Shown piece by piece: positions 49,472-59,000 of a stretch of 64,000 bases of DNA; positions within the stretch are counted from its first letter, which is position 1; each line of letters begins with the position of its first letter. Source of the DNA: an uncultured virus (IMG/VR IMGVR_UViG_3300032030_002667) (lineage: Duplodnaviria > Heunggongvirae > Uroviricota > Caudoviricetes); IMG/VR virus record IMGVR_UViG_3300032030_002667, one strand, 5' to 3'. A program made the translations under genes and the position numbers. The notes beneath the pieces were generated by a model. It ran no database searches. It saw only the letters and a program-made list of their open reading frames with translations, and was not told the DNA's origin.

Positions 49472-50203
49472 ATGAAAACAGTCATCGATTTATCTGTACC
49501 TAAGTCTTGGCAGGAACTGCCAGACAAAGAACTGCGCTTCGTGTTCCACCTTCTTAATGGCAGCTTCACGCTTACGCAGGTAAAAACAAGATGTCTCTTG
49601 CGATGGGCAGGCCTGCACGTGGTACGGCAGGAAGGCGCATTGTTTGTCGTACGAAGGGGAAAGCAGGTCTTCCCAATCTCCGCACTGCAAATCACTGAGG
49701 CCATTTCAAACCTTGAATGGCTCGGTGATTTCCCTGTCTATCCTGTACGCCTCTCGCGTATCGGCTTCCACCGTGCTGTAAATGCGGACCTGCAGAATGT
49801 ATCCTTCGAAGATTTCCTTACGCTCGATAATCTTTATCAGGGGTATCTCCAGACGCAGAAGGAAAACCTTCTGCATGACATGGCGCTCATCCTGTACCAG
49901 GCTCGTTTCATCCGGCTCTCTAAAGAAGAAGCAACCTGCATCTTCTATTGGTTCACCTCTGTCAAGAGATACTTCGCTTCGCTCTTCACGCATTTCCTTG
50001 GCATCTCCCCAAGTAACGGGGAGAATGCTGCCTTATCCTACAAGCAACTGCAGGATAACGTCAATACGCAAATCCGCGCACTTACAGGTGGCGACATCAC
50101 GAAGGAACGTGATGTCTTACGCATGGACTGCTGGCGTGCGCTCACTGAGCTGGACGCGAAAGCTAAAGATTATGACGAGCTTCAGAAGGCTACTAAAAAG
50201 TAA
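49472..50203 (+). CDS. Phage protein, possible tail assembly chaperone
   Basis: VPKSWQEL N-terminus; LTGGDITKERDV...ALTELD C-terminus. Role is inference. Confidence 0.55.
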   Translation: MKTVIDLSVPKSWQELPDKELRFVFHLLNGSFTLTQVKTRCLLRWAGLHVVRQEGALFVVRRGKQVFPISALQITEAISNLEWLGDFPVYPVRLSRIGFHRAVNADLQNVSFEDFLTLDNLYQGYLQTQKENLLHDMALILYQARFIRLSKEEATCIFYWFTSVKRYFASLFTHFLGISPSNGENAALSYKQLQDNVNTQIRALTGGDITKERDVLRMDCWRALTELDAKAKDYDELQKATKK

Positions 50204-50254
50204 ATTTCATTTCAATATTCATTATTAAATTCTTCATTCTTAATTTAATTCATC

Positions 50255-51085
50255 ATGGACAAACAATTCACATTGAAGCTGCAGGAGTGGTTGAATACTC
50301 CTGCTGAAAAGAGAGATCTTGAAGTCGGAGCTACGCTCTTGCTCCAGCTCACTAACAACAAGATTCTCTATCGGAACATCAAGAGCAATCTCAAAGGTCA
50401 TGCTGACTTCATCGAGTTCAAGCTGAAGCGTTACCTCCAGTATCGCCTTCAGGAGCTGACGCACGAGGAGGTCGAAGCCATGCAGAAGCAGGTAGATGGC
50501 ATCGTGGGTAAGTTCGCGCTTGACAAGGCAAAGGCTTCCTCTAAGAAGGGCAAGGCGCCTAAATCCGAAGCCCAGGAATGGAAGGGAGGCAAGCGTGCCG
50601 ATCACGACACGCTGCCTGATGAAATACAGGCGCTCTATGTCGAGAATGCCAGCATCATGCAGAAGATGCGGGAACTTCATCTTCAGCTGCGCAATCTCTC
50701 TACCAAGGCTTCTACCTGCCCGGACTCCGACCGCTATCCATTCCTCAAAGAGATTATCGAACTGGATAAGCGGTATCATAAGAATTGGCAGGCTTACGAC
50801 AGCTTCACAGCATCTTCGGACGCTGCCGATACTGGTAGCGGTGAAACCGCTCCCACGCCAGCTGCTCAGGCTGAAGCTAAGCCAGAGGTTGGTCAACAGA
50901 CGCTTGACGAGACTGCGCGTCTTGAACAAAAGAACATCCTTCGCCAGATAAACCTGGCTAAGGGGCGCTACAAGAAGTCGCCTTCAGAGAAACTGAAGGA
51001 CTCTATCCTCGCGCTGTACAAGCAGCTCACCGCTCCTTCGGATGCTTTGACTGCTGACTTGAAGCAATTGGGTATTCTTAATTAA
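50255..51085 (+). CDS. Hypothetical phage protein
   Basis: 276 aa helical; GKRADHDTLPDEIQALY. Confidence 0.7.
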   Translation: MDKQFTLKLQEWLNTPAEKRDLEVGATLLLQLTNNKILYRNIKSNLKGHADFIEFKLKRYLQYRLQELTHEEVEAMQKQVDGIVGKFALDKAKASSKKGKAPKSEAQEWKGGKRADHDTLPDEIQALYVENASIMQKMRELHLQLRNLSTKASTCPDSDRYPFLKEIIELDKRYHKNWQAYDSFTASSDAADTGSGETAPTPAAQAEAKPEVGQQTLDETARLEQKNILRQINLAKGRYKKSPSEKLKDSILALYKQLTAPSDALTADLKQLGILN

Positions 51086-51100
51086 TAATCGCTACGCTCT

Positions 51101-51331
51101 ATGAAAACTCCAGTAAAAATTCAATACTTCATCGCCGTCGCTGCCTTCCTGGCAGCGGTCGGCTTTGGTATTGCAGGATTCATTGTACCGCCTCCTGGAC
51201 AGGTACATGACTCTGTGCTTTATCTCATAGCACAATTCCTGCTGCTCACTGCATCTATACTCGGTGTAGGTGCTATGTTCGCATCTCAGAAATTGAGTAT
51301 CAAACAATCTCTTGAAAAGAAAGATCTATGA
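51101..51331 (+). CDS. Putative holin (two TM helices)
   Basis: Two hydrophobic segments around VPPPGQVHDS, charged C-terminus, upstream of the endolysin. Confidence 0.65.
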   Translation: MKTPVKIQYFIAVAAFLAAVGFGIAGFIVPPPGQVHDSVLYLIAQFLLLTASILGVGAMFASQKLSIKQSLEKKDL

Positions 51332-51621
51332 ATTATCAACAAATCAATTTCACCTTGGACAATGGCAAGTATGTTGCCTCTGTTCAGCTGAGCGATGTGG
51401 CTGCACTGCACATCGAAAGGGAAGCCGCTGGCAATTTCAGTGCAAAGCAATCATCGCTGCCGGCTTCCTACAATCCTGCCTTTGCCAATCTCGAAGGGCT
51501 GTCTGATTGCTGCTTCATGCCTTCTGTGATGGACTTTGAACTCGCATTCGCTGTCTATCCTAAGTTCATCGAACTGCGCTCAGCTACACCGATCAAAAAA
51601 GCGTATCTGATTACACAGTAA
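51328..51621 (+). CDS. Hypothetical protein
   Basis: 97 aa, 4-bp overlap with the holin. Confidence 0.65.
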   Translation: MNYQQINFTLDNGKYVASVQLSDVAALHIEREAAGNFSAKQSSLPASYNPAFANLEGLSDCCFMPSVMDFELAFAVYPKFIELRSATPIKKAYLITQ

Positions 51622-51673
51622 ATCCTATCTCTTAACTCTTAACTCTTAACTCTTAATTCTTAACTCAACTCCC

Positions 51674-52402
51674 ATGGGAATTCTCATCAAATCCTTCTCC
51701 ACTCAGCCTTCGCTAGTGGGACTGGCGAGGGCTGCCTTGTCAAAGGTATTCAACCCCTCCAACTATTACAGCAAATCGGAGGTGGATGTGCGTGTCAATG
51801 CCAGGCAGCCGGATGTTCATCTGACTGCTACTAACAAGGACACGCTCATGTATAACAATGCGGGCAATCAGGTTACGCAGGAGCGTGATGTCTATAACGG
51901 CACAGCCTTCGGAACAAACAACACGCTCACCAACTACGGTGCCTTCGCTGGCGGACATAGCTGTCAGGTGGGCAACAGGGCAGCTGCTTTCAATTCAAAC
52001 AACACAGCATCGGGCACTAACGCCTTCGCTGAAGGTGGTAGTAACACCGCTAGCGGTGAATGCAGCCATGTCGGCGGTCAGCAGAGCAGAGCTGGCGGTA
52101 AGCGGGCTTTCGCGCATGGATATCAGTGCCAAGCTTCAGGAGAAAACTCCATCGCTATGGGCACTGCTCTTCGCACACAGAACGATGGTGAAGCTGCCTT
52201 CGGACGCTTCAACAGCACTGGTGCCAACATCCGCTTCAGCGTTGGAGGTGGCTCGTCAGACTCGGACAGAAAGAATCTCCTTCAAATCGATGCAGATGGC
52301 ACCATCTACATCCTGATGAACGGCACACCCTTGTCACTGCAGGAGTGCTTGAATTTACTGGCTGACAGGATAGACGCTCTGCAAGGTCCAGGGATAAAGT
52401 AA
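51674..52402 (+). CDS. Short tail-fibre/adhesin with YadA-head-like beta-roll repeats
   Basis: ~14-aa repeats TASGTNAFAEG, TASGECSHVGG, QASGENSIAMG; FSVGGG...RKN. Confidence 0.7.
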   Translation: MGILIKSFSTQPSLVGLARAALSKVFNPSNYYSKSEVDVRVNARQPDVHLTATNKDTLMYNNAGNQVTQERDVYNGTAFGTNNTLTNYGAFAGGHSCQVGNRAAAFNSNNTASGTNAFAEGGSNTASGECSHVGGQQSRAGGKRAFAHGYQCQASGENSIAMGTALRTQNDGEAAFGRFNSTGANIRFSVGGGSSDSDRKNLLQIDADGTIYILMNGTPLSLQECLNLLADRIDALQGPGIK

Positions 52403-52427
52403 ATTCTTCAAATTGTACATTATTGCT

Positions 52428-53480
52428 ATGCGTAAGATTAATGAAATCATCGTCCATTGTGCTGCCACGCGTGAAGGCAGAGACTTCACTGTCGAGGACA
52501 TCACACGATGGCACAAGGCCAGGGGCTTCGTCACAATTGGCTATCACTATGTGATATATCGTGATGGGAGCATCCACGAGGGCCGCCCTCTTGAACAAAT
52601 AGGTGCCCACTGCGTGGGACACAACAAGCATTCCATTGGCATCTGCTACATCGGAGGCTGCGCCTCTGATGGCAAGACACCAAAGGATACGCGCACGCCA
52701 GAGCAGAAGGAGGCATTGCTCGCTCTACTCAGGCGTCTCAAAGCGCGGTTTCCCAATGCCACGATACACGGACATAGGGATTTTGCTGCGAAGGCGTGCC
52801 CCTCGTTTGATGCCAGGTCTGAGTTTCGCAGTCTGGCAGTGACCATCCTGCTCGCTTTTTCGTGGATGCTCCTTTCTTCGTGTCGCTCCACAAAGCGGGT
52901 AGTGAAAGAAAAGGTTGAGGTTGCAATGCAGCAGACTGTATCGCAATCAGCCACTTCTTTCGCTACGGACAAGTTCCTCCAGAACATTGTACTGCATATC
53001 GATAGCATCGTGCTTACATCGATGTCTGTGCCGCAGGTGTCCGAAAACGTCGATGGCACAGTGCTTATCGGACGGACTTCGGACAGCAGCGGCTTGGAGC
53101 CTTGTGCTCGGGAAACTCGCACAAGTGGTTCTTCAGCTAAAGCTTCAGGCGCAGGCGAAGCATCTCTACGCTCAGGCGCAGGGAAGGCGCTACCGCGCAT
53201 TGATGTATCTAAGATAAAGGTGAGCGGCATTCGCCTCCAGTCTGTTACTGCTGACAGCTCCAGCTCCACTACAGCAGTCAGCAGCGAGGGTAATCTACAA
53301 GCCAGCGGACGCTCGCTTGCTAAAGCGAAGGAGGCTAAGAAGCCTTCTACGCTTGCATTCTATTGGATAGTATTCTTAATAATCATCGCCATAGCTGTGG
53401 CTGTCGCCTTTGCTGTGGCTTCAAAAGCAAACCCTTTTCGCTCGGCTGTTCGCTTCATCGTACGGAAAGTTTTGACGTGA
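52428..53480 (+). CDS. N-acetylmuramoyl-L-alanine amidase endolysin fused to a lipoprotein with C-terminal TM (spanin-like)
   Basis: IIVHCAAT, IGYHY, GAHC, SIGICYIGG, GHRD..KACPSF; then hydrophobic stretch and LSSC lipobox (Cys codon 52881); C-terminal TM. Confidence 0.8.
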   Translation: MRKINEIIVHCAATREGRDFTVEDITRWHKARGFVTIGYHYVIYRDGSIHEGRPLEQIGAHCVGHNKHSIGICYIGGCASDGKTPKDTRTPEQKEALLALLRRLKARFPNATIHGHRDFAAKACPSFDARSEFRSLAVTILLAFSWMLLSSCRSTKRVVKEKVEVAMQQTVSQSATSFATDKFLQNIVLHIDSIVLTSMSVPQVSENVDGTVLIGRTSDSSGLEPCARETRTSGSSAKASGAGEASLRSGAGKALPRIDVSKIKVSGIRLQSVTADSSSSTTAVSSEGNLQASGRSLAKAKEAKKPSTLAFYWIVFLIIIAIAVAVAFAVASKANPFRSAVRFIVRKVLT

Positions 53481-53497
53481 GCCATTGCCATCTGTAA

Positions 53498-53830
53498 GTG
53501 TCAGTGAGCACACGGCGAAGAGGACATGAGCCTGCATCACATTCCTTCGGGAAAGAGGTGCAGGCTTTCTTCATGTCCTTTCCTCTGTGGCTCTTATACT
53601 TGGCACATGCAGATGTCACCGCGCAATGTGTGCTTTGGCTCACGCTCACTTTCCTGTGTTTTCGCTCATCATACACACGCGAAAGGCTTGCACCGCACAT
53701 CGCTTTGAAAGAGTGGGCAAAGTGTTTCCTACATATTCCGCTATCATTTGGGGCGAGTTCCCAAAGGGGCGATGCAGGGCGGTCGGGGGGTGGTTACACG
53801 GAAACGAGGGGAAAATTCTTTTTCCCTCGA
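53498..53830. other. Highly structured non-coding region with G-rich motif (candidate cos/pac, oriT or single-strand origin)
   Basis: Stems AGGACATGA/TCATGTCCT, AGCCTGCA/TGCAGGCT with C(TTCG)G loop, TTTGGG/CCCAAA, CGAGGG/CCCTCG; AGGGCGGTCGGGGGGTG near 53776. Confidence 0.5.
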
Positions 53831-54090
53831 CCCTTTTGTTTTGATTTTCAGTGCGTTGGGTTTTTGAGTCCTGGAAAATTTCAATTTCTTCTAAAAACGT
53901 GGTAAGCGTAATTTTTGGGGGGGAACTTATTTGTATATCATATTATATTGAAATTTAAACACACAAGCAATTAGACAGTAAACCATGGGTTACTATCTTT
54001 TGAATTATTAGGAACAAAAGACAAGTATTTTTCCCTTCTTATTATATATATCGCAAATAATTTGTACCTTTGCAAAAAAAAGAGAAAAAT

Positions 54091-54762
54091 ATGACCCCCA
54101 TTATTAAAAATCCATTTTCAAAACTTTTGACTGTAAGAGATTTGGCCACAAAATCATACCAATTAAAATCTCAAAACAAAAATTTAGTTAAAATACTTAT
54201 CATTGATGATAATGATTTCGAGTATGAAAATGAGATGAGAGTATGTGGTTTTAATATTAATTGCGTGCGGGACCTTGAATACTTTAATATGGCTGAACCT
54301 TATCATATTATTATCAGTGATATTACAGGAGTAGGGAAAAAACTAAATTGTAAATACGAAGGTGTAGGGTTAATAAATGCTTTAAAAAAACAATATCCAT
54401 ATAAGCTTTACGGAGTATATACTGGCAATAAGGTTAGTATTGACATTGCTACAGTGTTAAAAGATGTCAAGATTATCACTAAAACCGGATTTGATAAAGA
54501 CGATTGGGAATCTTTACTTGACGAATTCGTAAAAGAGAATAATGATCCGAAAACATGGTGGCTTAAATTACGAGGGGCTCTGCTTGATGAGGATATTTCA
54601 TTATATGAATTAACATTATTAGAACATAAATATGTTAATTATATACTTCATAATAAAACTGATTTCAAAAAATTCCTTGAAGATAATCTTTCTAATGAAT
54701 TGAAATCAGTTCTAATAAATATCAATTTTAACTTTAATAATTCAATCTTGTCAATAGCATGA
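54091..54762 (+). CDS. Receiver-domain-like protein (AT-rich moron)
   Basis: KILIIDDND, IIISDITG, EGVGLI, VYTG, K; very low GC. Confidence 0.7.
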   Translation: MTPIIKNPFSKLLTVRDLATKSYQLKSQNKNLVKILIIDDNDFEYENEMRVCGFNINCVRDLEYFNMAEPYHIIISDITGVGKKLNCKYEGVGLINALKKQYPYKLYGVYTGNKVSIDIATVLKDVKIITKTGFDKDDWESLLDEFVKENNDPKTWWLKLRGALLDEDISLYELTLLEHKYVNYILHNKTDFKKFLEDNLSNELKSVLININFNFNNSILSIA

Positions 54763-55889
54763 TAATATCTCCATTTCCATATAAAGTCATAGGTACAGAT
54801 GAGATAAAAGATGGGTGTGTATTTAACATACCAAATTTTTGCGCAAAAAGACAGAAGAGTATGGATTGTAAACTTTTTTACTCCAAATTGAAATCTTCTA
54901 TCGGAATTCAGAAATGCCCATTTGGATTTTGTGCCGAACGTGTACAATTTGGGGATCAGGATATTTATTTTACATGTCTTAATATTGAAAAACATAGCAA
55001 AAAGAAAGATGCACTTCGACGAATAAAAAATACTGATTTTAATCCTCGTATTTCACTTTCTAAATACGAACAGTTAAAATCATTGTTTAAGGAATCTTTG
55101 ACTAGTAATTGTAATGTGCCAGTTGAATTTAATGAGGCAAAACAATCTGCTCTCTTACAAAATGAACGTGAAGCATTAGATAACGCAATACATGAGATTA
55201 ACAACTTGACTAATCAATTAATCAGCAGAGCTGATAAGTTATCTGATGAAGTATCTGGGAATTTTGATAGAGAACAAATCGAAGTTTTATCGAAAAACAT
55301 CTATGCATTATCTAATCTTTTATCAATAAGGCTTGGTTCTTATAATCTTGAAGTTGATCCTTCCATTATCAAACAAACAACGGAAATAGATATTGCAATT
55401 TTTAAGAAAATAGAAAAAGCATATAAATGCTTACAAGACAGTATAAATAAGAATAAAATTCAAGTTAACCTAAAAGGGAATAGTTATAACAAATACAAAT
55501 CTGGTTCCATGCTTGAAATAGCATTCTTTATTATTTTGGAAAATGCAGTAAAATATTCTCCTAGGGGAGAAACTGTTGATGTTAATTTTTCAGAGATTGA
55601 TGATTCATTAACTGTTACTTTTATTAATTGGGGGCCTAAACCCAGTGATGACGAAATAAAAAAATTGAATATGCGAGGATATAGGAGTAGAAATGTTCAA
55701 AATCAAACTGACATTCAGGGAAGAGGCATCGGTTTGTTTTTGGTACAACAAATATGTGATGCATACAATATCCAATTTCAATATTCAATCGAAAAAACAT
55801 ATAAAAAATTTAATGGAATTATATATGCTCCATTTTCTATTAAACTCATGTTTAAAAACATGATAGTTAATGGTTCACAAATAAATTAG
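54759..55889 (+). CDS. Cytoplasmic histidine kinase-like protein (HATPase_c)
   Basis: AIHEINN H-box, ILENAVKYS N-box, GRGIGLFLV G-box; no TM segment. Confidence 0.8.
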   Translation: MIISPFPYKVIGTDEIKDGCVFNIPNFCAKRQKSMDCKLFYSKLKSSIGIQKCPFGFCAERVQFGDQDIYFTCLNIEKHSKKKDALRRIKNTDFNPRISLSKYEQLKSLFKESLTSNCNVPVEFNEAKQSALLQNEREALDNAIHEINNLTNQLISRADKLSDEVSGNFDREQIEVLSKNIYALSNLLSIRLGSYNLEVDPSIIKQTTEIDIAIFKKIEKAYKCLQDSINKNKIQVNLKGNSYNKYKSGSMLEIAFFIILENAVKYSPRGETVDVNFSEIDDSLTVTFINWGPKPSDDEIKKLNMRGYRSRNVQNQTDIQGRGIGLFLVQQICDAYNIQFQYSIEKTYKKFNGIIYAPFSIKLMFKNMIVNGSQIN

Positions 55890-56032
55890 TTTTTCCTTCA
55901 TTTTACCGATTCTATTCACTCTGACTAACGATATTATTGTTATCCAGATAATTCATGAAAGGGTTAATAGAATTATTAATTAAATCCGTATATACAAGTC
56001 ATATGGCGTTCTGATAAGAACGCTATTTTTGT

Positions 56033-56067
56033 GTCTTTTCTAGTTTGATAATTCAGTTGTTTATTTG
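56033..56067 (+). promoter_or_regulatory. Variant element-specific promoter for the tape-measure unit
   Basis: GTCTTT at 56033; TTTATTTG at 56060 (one mismatch to TAnnTTTG) at the same offset. Confidence 0.6.
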
Positions 56068-56094
56068 TGCTGAATTATCAAATTAAACGCAAAA

Positions 56095-59000
56095 ATGAGT
56101 GATTTGACATCTAAGGCAACCGTCGAGTTGCTTATTAACGGACAACAGGCACAGCAAACACTGGCACAGCTGCGGCATAACGCGCTCCAGTTAGAGACCG
56201 CTATTGCTAAGGCTGCGGCTACTGGCAACAAGAGCGACCTGAAGCGGCTGCGTAAGGAATTGGCTGATACCAAGAGGCAAATAAGGGAGATGGAGTCTGC
56301 TACACAACAGGTGGAGCAGACTCTGCGTAATCTTGATAAGGCTACGCCGCGTGAGTTGAACAAGACCCTCCAGACACTGACACGGCAATTGGAGTACATT
56401 GAACGTGGCTCTGATGCTTGGAAGGCCCATGTAGAAAAGATTAAGCTAGTAAAGGCGGAGCTGCGACAGATGAATGCGCAGCTTCGAGACGGGGAAGGCT
56501 TCTTTGACCGCATGAACAGAAAGCTCAATGAATGGCAGACTTCTCTAATGGCTGGCATCGCTGCGCTCTCTGGGCTGGTGCTTGCCGGGCGCAATGCGGT
56601 GAAGGCTTTTGCCGAGATGGAGGAGGAACTTGCCAACACCCGAAAATATACGGGGATGACTGAGGAGAAGGTGCTTGAACTCAATGAGGCATTCAAGAAG
56701 ATGGACACGCGTACTTCCCGTGAACAACTTAATGAGCTGGCACAGGAAGCGGGACGACTGGGTAAGAACACGCTCGAAGATGTGAAGGGATATGTGGAGG
56801 CTGCGGACATCATCAATGTGGCGCTGGTTGACCTCGGTGATGGTGCCACTCAGACGATTGCCAAGCTGACGGACATCTTCGGGGTGTCGGAGCTGATGGG
56901 GACACGCGATGCAATGCTGGCCGTAGGTTCTACAGTGAATGTGCTGTCACAGAACTGTACGGCATCAAAGCCTTATCTTGTGCAGTTCGCTCAGCGTATG
57001 GCTGGTGTAGGTGCTCAGGCTGACCTTACGATTCCCCAACTGCTTGCCTTCGGCGCTACGCTGGATGCCAATGGTCAGAAGGTGGAGATGTCGGCTTCTG
57101 CGCTCGGTAAGCTTACCATGAATCTCTTCCAGAAGCCCCGGGAGATTGCAAAGCAGGTTGGGCTGGATGTGGAGCTATTCACGGAAACACTCAAAAAGAG
57201 CACCTACGAAGGCTTGATGATGTTCTTGCAGCGCATTCACGACCTGGGTTCTGCTGACGGCCTCGCTGTCCTGGCGCCTATGTTCAAGGACCTTGGCTTG
57301 GATGGTGTCCGTATGTCGCAGGTGCTCTCTACGCTTGCCGAACACCTGGACATGGTAAAGTGGGAAACACAGGAGGCTAACAAGGCGTTCAAGGAGGCGA
57401 CATCGGCCACGAATGAGTACCAAATCTTCAACAATACGGTGCAGGCTGATCTTGACAAGGCACGGAAGCGCATCAAAGAACTTGCTATTGAGCTGGGCGA
57501 GAAGCTGCTGCCTGTCATGCGTCATGTCTATACTTCTACGTCATTGACGCTTAGGTTCCTCAGTACGACGGTGTCGTTCATATCGGAACACAGGGTGGCA
57601 CTTATCTCGCTTACGGCTGCTATTGTAGCCTACAATGTGGCTGTCAATCTGAGCACTATCAGGTTGAAAGCGCATAATGCCTGGGTAGCCATTACAACTG
57701 CTGCTTCTAAGGCTTACGCTGTGGTGGTGACACATCTCAAAACGGCTCACCTTGCTTTGCAGGTGGCGATGGCAAGATTGAGTGGTAATTGGGCCCGGGA
57801 GAATCTGCTGATGGGTGAGCTGAAGAAGAATGGGGCTGCACTTACTAATGTGTATGCGCTCCTTGCTGCCGCTGTCATTGCGGCTGGTGTGGCTATTGTG
57901 GCTTCACTCAACAGGCAGAGCAAAGCGCAGAAGCTGCTTGCTGACATTGAGAAGGAGGCTCGCAGTAATACGGCTGAGGATGTCAAGCGCATTGAAATCC
58001 TCAAGACTGTCATCGAGGATGAGACGGCCAGCATACACAGCAGGCGAAAGGCTATCGAGGAGCTTCAGAGCATTATCCCTGACTATCATGCAAGTCTGTC
58101 TGAGGAGGGCAAACTGATAGGTCATAATGCGGAAGTCCTGTCTATCTATGTGGAGCAGCTGAAGAACAAAGCGAAGATTGATGCGGCACTGGCTAAATTG
58201 CCCGAGGCAGAAGAGAAACTTCGGAAGGTGGAAAAAGAGGCCCCGGACAATCTGAAGGATGCGCTCGTCTATGAAAAAGCAGAAGGAATGTCCGAAGATG
58301 AAGCTGCAGGCAAGGCAAATGCTTCGCCTACGGCTTATCGTGTCTTCAAGAAACGTCTTGAAGAAGCCGATGCTGAGGTACGGCAGCTTAACGGCATCAT
58401 TGACTCGCTTTCTGCCAAGAATCAGGAGCTGTCTGACAAAGCTCATAATATGACTGCAGGGAATGGTACTTCTGGTGGTGATGGCTCAGGCTCTGGTGGT
58501 GGAGGTGAAAGCGATGATGGGGGCAAGAGTGCCAAAGACAAGTTCGCTGCTGAAGCTGAATGGAAACAAAGGGAAGAGGCGCTGAATCGTATCTCCTATG
58601 CCAAGGGGGAAAAGAATTTCCTTGACTATACCAAGCGGATGCAGGAGATTGAGGTGGAGTTCAACAAGCAGAAGCTGGAGCATACGGACCTGACTGAGAA
58701 CGAACGCCTTTCCATTGAGGCTGCATACTATGAGGCGCTGAAGAAACAGTCGGAGCAGGCTGTCAAGACTACTGTCGAGGAAGAGGAAGCTCTCTATAAT
58801 GAGGTGATGGCTGTGCAGAAGCAGCGATACATCGATGGGAACATTTCATACACTGTCTATGAGGAAACCATAGAGCAGCTGGAGATTAGGCATCTGAATA
58901 CGATGGTTTCTCTCTATGAGAAAGGTTCCAAGGAGCAGCTTCAGGCGCAGCGTTCTCTGCAGGACAAGCTTCTTGCCAATCAGCGCAAGCATCAGAAGGA

